A stretch of DNA of 64,000 bases from Bacilli bacterium (GCA_017542065.1 JAFXXX010000007.1:2182-66181); one strand, 5' to 3'. Counted from the stretch's first letter, positions 1 to 8,955 are shown. Translations and numbers: made by a program. The notes: generated from the letters alone by a model not told the origin.

Positions 1-490
1 TGATTGGGCAGAACATTACGAAAAAATGAGTGATTTTATTTTAAATTCATATAAAATATTAAAAGATAATAATATTGGTGAAGAAAAAGTATCTGAACAA
101 ATAGAAATGTTTTTAAATCAAACATTTAAATACCATAGCTGTGGAGCTGTAGGGTTAAATCAAATAACAGTAAAACCAAATGGTGATGTATGTATATGCC
201 AAGGTGATTCTAGATCACAAAATAATATTGTTGGAAACATTGTTACTGATAATATAATAGATATATTAAATAATCCTATAAATGATTATTGGCTTAATAT
301 GTATACAATAGATAAGGAAGAATGTAAGTATTGTCCTGCTATTTCAATATGTGGTGGTGGATGTCCATTGCAGGCTGAAGCATTATTTGGAAATAGAACT
401 GATATAGATGAGGCTTCTTGTATATATTATAAAAAATTATTTGAGTGGTTGATAAAACAATACTTTTATGTTACAATAGAAAACGATTAA
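1..490 (+). CDS. Radical SAM/SPASM-domain protein, C-terminal fragment. The 5' end lies outside the window and there is no in-frame stop upstream of position 26.
   Basis: The translation contains C-x(n)-G-x4-C followed by CKYCPAISICGGGCP, which is the C-x2-C-x5-C-x3-C SPASM auxiliary Fe-S cluster motif. The reading frame stays open back to nucleotide 2. Confidence 0.6.
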   Translation, partial: DWAEHYEKMSDFILNSYKILKDNNIGEEKVSEQIEMFLNQTFKYHSCGAVGLNQITVKPNGDVCICQGDSRSQNNIVGNIVTDNIIDILNNPINDYWLNMYTIDKEECKYCPAISICGGGCPLQAEALFGNRTDIDEASCIYYKKLFEWLIKQYFYVTIEND

Positions 491-510
491 GAAAGGAAGG
501 CCGATTTATC

Positions 511-678
511 ATGATTTTAGCTGATAAACTAAAAGCTTTAGGTAAGTTAAAAAAAGATAAACATGTTGTTGCAAATCAATGTACTTGCAGTAACTGTAAT
601 TGCAATTGCAATTGTAGAATGTCTTTTGATAACAACTTAGGAAATTTGGCAAAAAAATACAGAAAAAACCTAGCTTAA
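511..678 (+). CDS. Small Cys-rich peptide, 55 aa: MILADKLKALGKLKKDKHVVANQCTCSNCNCNCNCRMSFDNNLGNLAKKYRKNLA. Candidate RiPP precursor. Not present in the ORF track.
   Basis: ATG at 511 is preceded by GGAAGG at 495-500. The stop is 676-678 and a rho-independent terminator follows. The peptide has a Lys-rich amphipathic N-terminus and then a C-T-C-S-N-C-N-C-N-C-N-C core. It sits 20 nt downstream of the SPASM maturase fragment. Confidence 0.45.
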   Translation: MILADKLKALGKLKKDKHVVANQCTCSNCNCNCNCRMSFDNNLGNLAKKYRKNLA

Positions 679-684
679 TTATGA

Positions 685-709
685 AAAAGCTTATTCATTA
701 AGCTTTTTT
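685..709 (+). terminator. Rho-independent terminator
   Basis: aaaagctta-ttcat-taagctttt hairpin followed by a T-run. Confidence 0.7.
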
Positions 710-737
710 CTTTCTTCAGGGTATTAACAATATGAAT

Positions 738-763
738 AAAGCGTTGATTTACAACGCTTTTTT
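738..763 (+). terminator. Second rho-independent terminator
   Basis: aaagcgttg-attta-caacgcttt hairpin followed by TTTTG. Confidence 0.65.
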
Positions 764-787
764 GTTATCAAAAAATTAAAAAAAGTG

Positions 788-816
788 TTGCAAAATAAGA
801 AAAAATATTATACAAT
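788..816 (+). promoter_or_regulatory. Sigma-A type promoter for the tRNA operon
   Basis: TTGCAA (788-793), 17-nt spacer, TACAAT (811-816). Confidence 0.45.
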
Positions 817-845
817 TAAGTAGTCCAATGCAAATTGGCGCACGT

Positions 846-934
846 GCTTTAGTGGCGGAATTGGTAGACGCACAGGACTTAAAATCCTGCGTGAGTCAAA
901 TCACGTGCCGGTTCAAGTCCGGCCTGAAGCACCA
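846..934 (+). tRNA. tRNA-Leu(TAA), class II with long variable arm
   Basis: Cloverleaf read by eye. Anticodon loop is cuUAAaa. T-arm is GGTTCAAGTCC. Acceptor is gctttag/ctgaagc with an encoded CCA. Confidence 0.85.
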
Positions 935-940
935 CTTAAT

Positions 941-1033
941 GGAGAAGTACCCAAGTCTGGCTGAAGGGACCGGTCTTGAAAACCGGGAGGTCGGGTAACC
1001 GGCGCAGGGGTTCGAATCCCTTCTTCTCCGCCA
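941..1033 (+). tRNA. tRNA-Ser(TGA), class II
   Basis: Acceptor is ggagaag/cttctcc. Anticodon loop is cuUGAaa. Long variable arm. T-arm is GGTTCGAATCC. CCA is encoded. Confidence 0.85.
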
Positions 1034-1052
1034 TTTAAAATATTTGTTATAT

Positions 1053-1129
1053 CGCGGGGTGGAGCAGTCTGGAAGCTCGTCGGGCTCATAACCCGAAGGT
1101 CGTTGGTTCAAATCCAACCCCCGCAACCA
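1053..1129 (+). tRNA. Initiator tRNA-fMet(CAT)
   Basis: There is a C1xA72 mismatch (cgcgggg / ccccgca). Three consecutive G-C pairs sit in the anticodon stem (tcgggCTCATAAcccga). The anticodon is CAT. Confidence 0.85.
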
Positions 1130-1132
1130 ATT

Positions 1133-1208
1133 GGTTCCGTGGTGTAGTGGTTAACACGTCTGCCTGTCACGCAGAAGATCGAGGGTTCAAGTCCCTTCGG
1201 AACCGCCA
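1133..1208 (+). tRNA. tRNA-Asp(GTC)
   Basis: Acceptor is ggttccg/cggaacc. Anticodon loop is cuGTCac. CCA is encoded. Confidence 0.85.
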
Positions 1209-1219
1209 TTTTTTTATGT

Positions 1220-1295
1220 GGCTCTATAGCTCAGTAGGTAGAGCACAGGACTGAAAATCCTGGTGTCGGTGGTTCGATCCCACCTGGAGCCACCA
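1220..1295 (+). tRNA. tRNA-Phe(GAA)
   Basis: ggctctaTAGCTCAGTAGGTAGAGC with anticodon loop cuGAAaa. T-arm is GGTTCGATCC. CCA is encoded. Confidence 0.85.
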
Positions 1296-1305
1296 TTTTA
1301 ATAAT

Positions 1306-1328
1306 AAACTAGGGTATCCTAGTTTTTT
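1306..1328 (+). terminator. Terminator of the tRNA operon
   Basis: aaactagg-gtat-cctagttt hairpin followed by TTTTT. Confidence 0.7.
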
Positions 1329-1363
1329 ATTTGTTATGATATAATTTATTTAGAGGTATTTAT

Positions 1364-2122
1364 ATGGATAGTAAAGATTTTATTAAAATAAATAAAGATG
1401 GATGGAATACACTTATTAGAAATGGTAAACCATTTTCTAATACAATACTTCCTGAATATGGACCATTCTTAAAAAGAAATGAAGATGATATTAAGCTAAT
1501 GGATGTATCAGGAAAGAAAGTATTAGATTTTGGATGTGGTGAAGGAGAATCATTAGAGTATTTACTTAATAAAGGTGCTAGTGAAATATGGGGAATAGAT
1601 ATTTCAGAAGAGCAAATAAATAAAGCAAAAGAAAGATTCCCTATGTTTAGTGATAATTTTATTGTGTCTCCAATGGAAGATGATATAGATTTACCAAATA
1701 ATTATTTTGATTATATTATTTCTATATTTAGTATTGGTTATACATCAGATTTAGAAAAGACATTTAGTAATGCATATAAATTATTAAATGATAATGGTGA
1801 ACTAATAATAAGTTGGACTCACCCTTTCTATTACTGCCTTGATATAGAAGATAATAAAGTAGTAGTTAATAAATCATATTTTGATGAAAACAGTGAATTA
1901 ATTACTAAAGGACCAGATAAAGTTTCACTTGCTCAAAAGAATCTAATGATTTCAACATTTATTAATACTGGTATTAAAACAGGTTTTTATGTTGATACTA
2001 TGCTTGAAGAAGAAACTATTCCTAAAGAGGATGTAAATGGATATGTTAGTTCATTCTGGAGAAAAGAGAAAACTAGTAACTGTCCAAGTACTTTAATACT
2101 AAGATTTAAAAAACTAAAATAA
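1364..2122 (+). CDS. Class I SAM-dependent methyltransferase (small-molecule type)
   Basis: Motif I VLDFGCGEG, followed by acidic post-I and post-II motifs. 252 aa. Confidence 0.7.
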   Translation: MDSKDFIKINKDGWNTLIRNGKPFSNTILPEYGPFLKRNEDDIKLMDVSGKKVLDFGCGEGESLEYLLNKGASEIWGIDISEEQINKAKERFPMFSDNFIVSPMEDDIDLPNNYFDYIISIFSIGYTSDLEKTFSNAYKLLNDNGELIISWTHPFYYCLDIEDNKVVVNKSYFDENSELITKGPDKVSLAQKNLMISTFINTGIKTGFYVDTMLEEETIPKEDVNGYVSSFWRKEKTSNCPSTLILRFKKLK

Positions 2123-2199
2123 GTAGTAATACTTATTTTTTCTTGCTTTATTATCAATATAGTATATAATATATAGCATATTTCAAAGGGGATGAAATT

Positions 2200-2700
2200 A
2201 TGCCAACTGAACAAGAAATACATAATATGTTTATACCTAATATTGAGAATTCCATGAGAGATGTAAGAATGGCTAGAATGCTTTTTATAACTAAGAATGG
2301 TAAATTACATGCTGGAATCGCAGAACAATACATTGATAAAATGTCATATTATGTTAGTTTTTGCAGAGAAGATGCAAAAACATGGTCTGAAGATTTAAGA
2401 ACAATGGTATACTGTACAGGACATGAAGAAGTTAATGATTCTGATGTGGAAGGTTTCCTAAAAGCATTTGAACTTGCAGGTCAAATAATGGAAGCAAATT
2501 CAAAGGGCGTAAGCAGATTGAAAATAAGAAAGATTTTAGAGTCTCAAAATATTGATGATGAGAGTTTAAAAAATCTATCAGTTGTTTTAGATAGATATGC
2601 TGAATATGGTCTTCCTGCTGAAGTATTTACTATTGGTGATGCTTTAATAAAAACCCTTAAAGCTAAGAAAGATAAAGAAAAACAAGAAAAGCAGTCATAA
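2200..2700 (+). CDS. Hypothetical protein, 166 aa
   Basis: Long ORF with a terminator hairpin at 2690-2712. No recognisable motif. Confidence 0.5.
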   Translation: MPTEQEIHNMFIPNIENSMRDVRMARMLFITKNGKLHAGIAEQYIDKMSYYVSFCREDAKTWSEDLRTMVYCTGHEEVNDSDVEGFLKAFELAGQIMEANSKGVSRLKIRKILESQNIDDESLKNLSVVLDRYAEYGLPAEVFTIGDALIKTLKAKKDKEKQEKQS

Positions 2701-2768
2701 GACTGTTTTTTGTTTGACAATAAAGCTTTAAAAATGATAAAATATACTCACTTTTAGGAGAAATAAAC

Positions 2769-3377
2769 ATGGGAAATAATACAAGAATATTTGTTAGTTT
2801 TGAAGGTGTTGTAGCAAATAATACAAAATTTAGAAAAGAAATAATTGAATCATTACCTTCAGAAGTTCGTGTGGCATATAAAAGTGGCATTGCAAGGAAT
2901 GAACAAGATTATTTAGAAAAAATAAATTGGTATAAAGAATATAAGAGATTAATAAACAAGGATTCTATGAGAGTTTTAGTTGGCTGTAGAGAAATGATCC
3001 CTGTAAGTAGATGTATATGTGAAGCTGAAAAGAAAGCAATTCAAAGAATTCTAGAAGAAAAGGGATATACTGATGAATTATATTCTATTATGTTAAAGAA
3101 AAGTGAATTTGAATTAACTGATAAAGAAGCTCCTGAACAACGTATTGAAGATATTTCACAAGGTGTGTTTGCTGTTACAGAAAATGCATTAGTTCATACA
3201 GATAAAAAAGTGTTGAGCAGTTGGTATCTTCATGGTGGAAAAGCATTTCAATTTGATCCATATGGTAAAGAAGATATCAGCACTTTAGAATCATCTGATG
3301 GGAAATCTGTTGTTAAGGTAGTTAAAACTCTTAGAATGGTTCCTATGGCGTTAGGTATATATAAAAGCAAAAAGTAG
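2769..3377 (+). CDS. Hypothetical protein, 202 aa
   Basis: Long ORF. A terminator hairpin (agtaggca/tgcctact followed by T-run) lies at 3370-3395. No recognisable motif. Confidence 0.5.
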   Translation: MGNNTRIFVSFEGVVANNTKFRKEIIESLPSEVRVAYKSGIARNEQDYLEKINWYKEYKRLINKDSMRVLVGCREMIPVSRCICEAEKKAIQRILEEKGYTDELYSIMLKKSEFELTDKEAPEQRIEDISQGVFAVTENALVHTDKKVLSSWYLHGGKAFQFDPYGKEDISTLESSDGKSVVKVVKTLRMVPMALGIYKSKK

Positions 3378-3447
3378 GCATTGCCTACTTTTTTATTGTT
3401 AAAAACCTGTTTTTGTTATATAATAATATATGTTTTAAAAAAACGGG

Positions 3448-5409
3448 GTGGTAATTTTGAAACTATTAGATAGTGAAATTAAGTGTGAAAAAGAATATCT
3501 TTCTACTGTGGAAAGTATTTTAAATGACGAAATTACTGAAATGACTGATGACGTTCAAAAGAAGATGTCAGAAGTTAATGATATTAAAAGACAAATATAT
3601 GAAGAAAAGAATGATGATTCTTTATATGATCAAGATGCTATTAGAAATGTATATGCTGTTGAATCTAGAGTAGATCAAATTAATAAAAAGATTGATAAGA
3701 TTGAATTATATAAAAGAGCAGCTTCTATACCATATTTTGGAAAGATTACATGTGATTTTAATAGTGATAAAGAAAATGTTTATATCGGTATAACATCTGT
3801 TGAAAAAGATAATAATTTCTATGTATATGATTGGAGAAGTCCTATTGCATCTTTATTCTATAATTATGAACTTGGTGAAGCTTCATATAAGATAGATACT
3901 AAAGAGATTAAATGTAATATTGATAGAAAAATACAATTTAAAATTAAAGATGGAGAACTTGTTAGATGTTTTGATTCATCTATTAATATAGATGATGAAT
4001 ATCTTCAAGAGATGTTATCTAATACTAATGATAAAAAGTTAACTAATATTATTAGTACTATTCAAAAAGAACAAAACTTAATTATTAGAAATGTCGATGA
4101 TAAAAATTTATTAGTTCAAGGAACTGCTGGTTCTGGTAAAACAGTAGTGGCTCTTCATAGAATTGCTTATCTTCTTTATAGAGATGCTAAACTTGAATCT
4201 AAGAATATATTAATTATTTCACCAAATGAAATATTCTCTGATTATATATCAGATGTTCTTCCTGAACTTGGCGAAAAGAATACTAAATGTTTTACTTTAA
4301 CTAGCTATTTAGAGAGTTATTTAAATTCATATAAGATTGAACCTTATGTTAAATATATTTCTAGGATAGAAGATGGAGACTCTAAAGATATATCAAAGAA
4401 ATTAAATGTTTCTAAAGAGTTAAAAAGATTTGTCAAGAAGTATTATGGTTCATTTAACTTTACTAGAAAATTTACTATAGGAACAGAAACATTCTATGCC
4501 AGAGATATTAATTATATGTTTAATGAAAAATATAAGAGATTATGCATTAAAGATAGATTTAGAAGAATAGCAGAATTTATCTGTGATAACCTAGGTGTTA
4601 AGAATAAAGAATTCTATAACAAAGTTAAAAACTATTTAATTAGTAATAGTAATGTAAGTTTAGATGTATATGAAATATATAAAGAATTCTTAGAATCTCA
4701 AAACTTATCTTCATTCTTAATAGATAATGAAGTTATTAAATATGAAGATGTAATGAATATACTTAATTTATATTTCTATGTTATTGGAGTTAAGAAAGAT
4801 TTATCTTTAAAACATGTTGTTATAGATGAAGCTCAAGATTATACATTAAGTGAAATAGATGTTATTAAGAAGATGTTCCCAGAAGCATCATTTACTATAC
4901 TTGGTGATGATAATCAAAATATTAACTCATTTGATAAGAGTAAAATAATTGATTACAGTGAATTATTTAAATCATATAAATATATTGAATTAAATAAAAC
5001 ATATAGATCTACTGAGAAGATAGTAGAGTATTCAAATAAAATTCTTGGTCTTGATAATGTATGTGCTGTTAGAAATACTTTAGGAGACGATGTAGAAGTA
5101 ATTAAACTATCTATTGATAACTTAAAGAAATGTATTAAGAATTCTAAATATAAGAAAACTGCGATTATTACAGATAATATGACTAAAGCAAGAAACCTAT
5201 ATAAAGAATTAAATGATAAAGATATTCAGTTAATAGATTTTGATACAGATACATTTGATAAGAATATATTTATTATTCCTTCTTATTTATCTAAAGGATT
5301 AGAGTTTGAATATGTAATTATATACAAAGAAGATGAATATAAGAATAAGAATTTATATTATGTATCATGTACTAGAGCGCAACAAAAATTAACAATATTA
5401 GAAAAATAA
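3448..5409 (+). CDS. helD: HelD-like DNA helicase IV, a UvrD/Rep superfamily 1 helicase with a HelD-type N-terminal domain. The start is GTG at 3448 or TTG at 3457.
   Basis: Walker A GTAGSGKT and Walker B VVIDEAQDY are present, with a C-terminal SF1 motif (YVSCTRAQQKL). The N-terminal VYDWRSPIASLFYNYE motif is typical of HelD. Confidence 0.7.
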   Translation: MVILKLLDSEIKCEKEYLSTVESILNDEITEMTDDVQKKMSEVNDIKRQIYEEKNDDSLYDQDAIRNVYAVESRVDQINKKIDKIELYKRAASIPYFGKITCDFNSDKENVYIGITSVEKDNNFYVYDWRSPIASLFYNYELGEASYKIDTKEIKCNIDRKIQFKIKDGELVRCFDSSINIDDEYLQEMLSNTNDKKLTNIISTIQKEQNLIIRNVDDKNLLVQGTAGSGKTVVALHRIAYLLYRDAKLESKNILIISPNEIFSDYISDVLPELGEKNTKCFTLTSYLESYLNSYKIEPYVKYISRIEDGDSKDISKKLNVSKELKRFVKKYYGSFNFTRKFTIGTETFYARDINYMFNEKYKRLCIKDRFRRIAEFICDNLGVKNKEFYNKVKNYLISNSNVSLDVYEIYKEFLESQNLSSFLIDNEVIKYEDVMNILNLYFYVIGVKKDLSLKHVVIDEAQDYTLSEIDVIKKMFPEASFTILGDDNQNINSFDKSKIIDYSELFKSYKYIELNKTYRSTEKIVEYSNKILGLDNVCAVRNTLGDDVEVIKLSIDNLKKCIKNSKYKKTAIITDNMTKARNLYKELNDKDIQLIDFDTDTFDKNIFIIPSYLSKGLEFEYVIIYKEDEYKNKNLYYVSCTRAQQKLTILEK

Positions 5410-5410
5410 A

Positions 5411-5439
5411 AGATAGACTATTGTCTATCTCTTTTTTTT
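5411..5439. terminator. Bidirectional terminator between helD (+) and the 5418-5807 gene (-)
   Basis: agatagac-tatt-gtctatct hairpin with a T-run of 8 on the plus strand and an A-run upstream. Confidence 0.65.
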
Positions 5440-5807
5440 GGTATTAAATATCTTTTTGCTTTTGCTATTATAGATTCTTTAGGAGCAAATCTTGGATTTT
5501 TAATATACAGTGGATTACCATTTTTTTCCTTAAACAAAATATTAGAATAAGTATAATCTAATCCATGTTTAGTAATATTGATTGCTATATCAAAACCATC
5601 AGTTCTAGCACTAATCATAGTTACAGATCCACGTTCTAATCCAAATATATTGCATTCTACTTGTTCTTCTTTTCTAGCAATATATAAACAATCATTTTTA
5701 TTATCATAGTATAAACTACATTTTAAACTAGCTAAAGCATTCTTTATATCGAAATCATCTTTGATTTTACGCATTATAATTTGCTCTTTGTTTTCTTTTA
5801 AACCCAT
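5418..5807 (-). CDS. Hypothetical protein, about 129 aa. A TTG start at 5825 is the alternative.
   Basis: ATG at 5807 is preceded by AAGGTGA. No recognisable domain. Confidence 0.45.
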   Translation of the reverse strand: MGLKENKEQIIMRKIKDDFDIKNALASLKCSLYYDNKNDCLYIARKEEQVECNIFGLERGSVTMISARTDGFDIAINITKHGLDYTYSNILFKEKNGNPLYIKNPRFAPKESIIAKAKRYLIPKKRDRQ

Positions 5808-5908
5808 ACCGTCACCTTGATACAATTTATTATATCAAATTTTATAAAAAACACTATATTTTTTTTCTAAAATATAGTATACTTATTTATAGAAAGGAGA
5901 TAGGGAAT

Positions 5909-6343
5909 ATGTATTCAAATGGTTATTATAATGGTTACGGAACTACTTCTGCTTATACTTCAGGAGCTGCTGCTGCTACTGGTTTAGCTGCAGGACTTGT
6001 AATTTTCTACATTTTAGAATATATTCTTCTATTTGCTTGGATTATTCTTTATTTCGTCGGAATGTGGAAAACATTCGTTAAGATGGGTCATAAAGGATAC
6101 TTTGCATTAATCGAAGGATATAATGAAGTATTATTATTAGAAGCTGCTAACATGCCACTTTGGAACTACTTCATGATGATGATCCCAATTTATGGTATCG
6201 TTGTTATGATTAAACGTGGTATCGTAATCGCTAATAAATTTGGTAAGTCTACAGCAATCGGAGTTTTACTTGGTATTCCTGTAACTACACCAATAGCATT
6301 TATGATTCTTGGATTCTCTAAAGATGCTAAATATAAAGGCTAA
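5909..6343 (+). CDS. Small membrane protein, DUF5684-like
   Basis: Gly/Ala/Tyr-rich N-terminus followed by three or four hydrophobic helices. The GMWK(T)F..G.KG....IEGYNE signature resembles DUF5684 membrane proteins; this is from memory. Confidence 0.5.
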   Translation: MYSNGYYNGYGTTSAYTSGAAAATGLAAGLVIFYILEYILLFAWIILYFVGMWKTFVKMGHKGYFALIEGYNEVLLLEAANMPLWNYFMMMIPIYGIVVMIKRGIVIANKFGKSTAIGVLLGIPVTTPIAFMILGFSKDAKYKG

Positions 6344-6403
6344 TTTAATTAGTCTTTTTATTTTACTTGTAATTCCTACTAAAATGGTATAGAATATATT
6401 TGG

Positions 6404-6805
6404 GTGATGAAAATGAGAATATCTTCGAAAGGAAAGTATGCTTTAGAATTAATGGTTTATTTAGGTAGAAACTATGGAAAAGGTAGTATTTCTATTAGTG
6501 AAATAACTGGTGATTCTTTTTCTATTAAGTATATGGAAAAGATAGCAGGTTTACTTAATAAAGCAGGATTAATTAAAAGTGAAAGAGGAGTAGAAGGTGG
6601 TTATAAGTTAGTTAAAGATCCATCTGAATATTCTATATTTGAAATACTTAATGCTGTTGAAGATAATCTAGCACCTATTAAGTGTGTATTAGATGATGAT
6701 GCATGCAAAATAAAAATTACTTGTAAGACTTATCCTATATGGGATGAGTTATATGAAATAGAAGCTAAGTTTCTAAAAGATAAGAAACTTACAGATATTC
6801 TATAG
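6404..6805 (+). CDS. Rrf2-family transcriptional regulator, IscR-like
   Basis: The N-terminal wHTH (KGKYALELMVYL...ISISEI) is typical of Rrf2. The C-terminus carries three Cys spaced C-x6-C-x5-C (KCVLDDDACKIKITC), like the IscR Fe-S ligands. It lies directly upstream of sufCBD. Confidence 0.75.
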   Translation: MMKMRISSKGKYALELMVYLGRNYGKGSISISEITGDSFSIKYMEKIAGLLNKAGLIKSERGVEGGYKLVKDPSEYSIFEILNAVEDNLAPIKCVLDDDACKIKITCKTYPIWDELYEIEAKFLKDKKLTDIL

Positions 6806-6813
6806 GAGGTTAT

Positions 6814-7551
6814 ATGGAATTACTTAAAATTGATAATATTCATACTATTGCATCAGATGATGAAGATATGAATATATTAAAGGGACTTAATTTAACTATT
6901 AATACAGGTGAAATACATGTTATTATGGGTCCTAATGGAGCAGGTAAATCTACACTTGCTAATACTATATTAAATAGTCCTAAATATATAGTTAAAGAGG
7001 GTAATATATATTTTGAAGGACAAAATATAAATGATTTAAAAACTAACGAAAGAGCAAACTTAGGTATATTTATGTCATTTCAATCTCCAATCGAAATACC
7101 TGGTATATCAGTATCTAATTTTATTAAAAGTGCTCTTAATACTAAAGGAAAGGTTCAATTATATGAATATATAAAAGAACTAGAATCTACTATGGATGAG
7201 TTAAGTATTGATAAAGATAAAGAACATAGAGATTTAAATGTTGGTTTTTCTGGTGGAGAAAAGAAAAAGAATGAAATATTACAAATGTTAATGTTAAAAC
7301 CTAAATTAGCTATACTAGATGAAATAGATTCAGGTCTAGATATAGATGCTATTAAAGTAGTTGCTAAAGGTATTAACATGTATAAGAATGATGATAATGC
7401 AATACTTATGATTACTCATTCATCTAGAATACTAGAAGAACTAGATAACTATATAGTTCACGTTTTAGTAAACGGTAAAATAGTTGATACTGGTGATAAA
7501 TCTTTAGTTAAAGAAATAGAAGAAAACGGTTATAAAAAGTATTTAGGATAG
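6814..7551 (+). CDS. sufC: Fe-S cluster assembly ATPase SufC
   Basis: Walker A GPNGAGKST, ABC signature FSGGEKKK, Walker B ILDEIDSGLD. Confidence 0.9.
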   Translation: MELLKIDNIHTIASDDEDMNILKGLNLTINTGEIHVIMGPNGAGKSTLANTILNSPKYIVKEGNIYFEGQNINDLKTNERANLGIFMSFQSPIEIPGISVSNFIKSALNTKGKVQLYEYIKELESTMDELSIDKDKEHRDLNVGFSGGEKKKNEILQMLMLKPKLAILDEIDSGLDIDAIKVVAKGINMYKNDDNAILMITHSSRILEELDNYIVHVLVNGKIVDTGDKSLVKEIEENGYKKYLG

Positions 7552-7560
7552 GAGGTAACT

Positions 7561-8955
7561 ATGAAAACACGTGTTGAAGAAGCAAACAAAAACATATATG
7601 ACATAGTTACTGAAAACGAAACTGAGAAGACCGTTTTAGGTTTAACAGAGGAATCTATTAGAGAAATATCTAAATATAAAAATGAACCTGATTGGATCTT
7701 AGATATTAGATTAAAAGCTTTAAAGTGTTTTAATGAAGCTAAAGATCCTACATGGGGACCAGATTTATCAGATTTAGATTTATCTAAGATAAATACATAT
7801 GTTAAACCAAAAACTAATATGTCAGATAAATGGGAAGATGTACCAGAAAATATCAAAGATATATTTGATAAACTAGGTATTCCAGAAGCTGAAAAGAAGT
7901 CTTTATCTGGAGCATCTGCTCAGTTTGATAGTGAAGTAGTATATCATAATGTTAATCATAAATTAGAAGGAACAGGAGCTATTTATTTAGACTTTGATAG
8001 TGCTATTAAAAAGTATCCTGAGCTAATAAAGGAATACTTTACTAAAGCAGTACCACTTAATGATCATAAATATATATCTTTACATTACGCATTATTTTCT
8101 GGTGGTTCTTTTGTTTATATTCCAAAAGGAGTAAAACTAGAGTTTCCTCTTCAATCATATTTTAGACTTAATTCAAAGGGTAGTGGCCAGTTTGAACATA
8201 CCCTAATAATAGTAGATGAAGATGCTTCTTTAGAGTTTATTGAAGGATGTTCTGCTCCTGGATATAACTCAAATAATCTTCATGCAGGATGCGTTGAATT
8301 ATTTGTTAAGAAGAATGGTTTTCTTAGATTTTCTACTATTGAAAACTGGTCTAAGAATATGTATAACTTAAACACTAAGAAATGCTTTGTAGAAGAAAAT
8401 GGAAAAATAGAATGGGTAATGGGTTCATTTGGTTCTAAGATATCTATGCTATATCCAATGAATATATTAAATGGTAGAGGAGCTCAATGTGAATTTACTG
8501 GTATATCATTTGCAGGTAAAGGACAAAACTTAGATACAGGTATTAAAGTAATTCATAATGCTCCAAATACATCTTGTACAGTTAATTCTAAATCAATTTC
8601 AAAAGATGGAGGAATATGTACATTTAGATCTAATGTATTTGTAAGTAAGAATGCTAAAAATACTAAAGTAGTATTTGATTGTGCTTCACTAATGCTTGAT
8701 TCAGAATCTAGAAGTGATACTATTCCAGTAGATAGAATAGAGAATAATGATACAATTTATTCACATGAAGCATCTATTGGCAAGATAGGCGAAGAAGAAA
8801 TCTTCTATATAATGTCTAGAGGATTCTCTGAAGATGAAGCAAAGTCTTTAATAGTTAGAGGTTTTGCAGAACCAATATCAAAGAGTTTTCCTGTGGAATA
8901 TGCAGTAGAAATGAATAGATTAATAGATCTAGAGTTAGAGGGGGCGATAGGATGA
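7561..8955 (+). CDS. sufB: Fe-S cluster assembly protein SufB
   Basis: 464 aa. Conserved SufB core (GAIYLDFDSA...FVYIPKGV...HNAPNTSCT). Confidence 0.9.
   Translation: MKTRVEEANKNIYDIVTENETEKTVLGLTEESIREISKYKNEPDWILDIRLKALKCFNEAKDPTWGPDLSDLDLSKINTYVKPKTNMSDKWEDVPENIKDIFDKLGIPEAEKKSLSGASAQFDSEVVYHNVNHKLEGTGAIYLDFDSAIKKYPELIKEYFTKAVPLNDHKYISLHYALFSGGSFVYIPKGVKLEFPLQSYFRLNSKGSGQFEHTLIIVDEDASLEFIEGCSAPGYNSNNLHAGCVELFVKKNGFLRFSTIENWSKNMYNLNTKKCFVEENGKIEWVMGSFGSKISMLYPMNILNGRGAQCEFTGISFAGKGQNLDTGIKVIHNAPNTSCTVNSKSISKDGGICTFRSNVFVSKNAKNTKVVFDCASLMLDSESRSDTIPVDRIENNDTIYSHEASIGKIGEEEIFYIMSRGFSEDEAKSLIVRGFAEPISKSFPVEYAVEMNRLIDLELEGAIG

Noticed and set aside
896-1126. Minus-strand ORF (76 aa) across the tRNA-Leu/Ser/fMet genes
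   Set aside because: It lies entirely within tRNA genes on the opposite strand. Its Arg/Pro-rich translation is typical of GC-rich tRNA antisense. It is not a gene.
7155-7856. Minus-strand ORFs inside sufC and sufB (7155-7379, 7530-7856)
   Set aside because: They are antisense shadows inside conserved genes. This applies to the other short antisense ORFs in the track as well: 1987-2223, 2663-2890, 8855-9043, 12715-12906, 18015-18200, 18752-18973, 19937-20152, 20769-21002, 21380-21688, 26936-27253, 33009-33254, 37415-37750, 38627-38824, 40854-41135, 44038-44325, 47759-47977, 48777-49061, 50051-50266, 54812-55153, 56088-56291, 56563-56865, 58650-58844 and 61356-61706.
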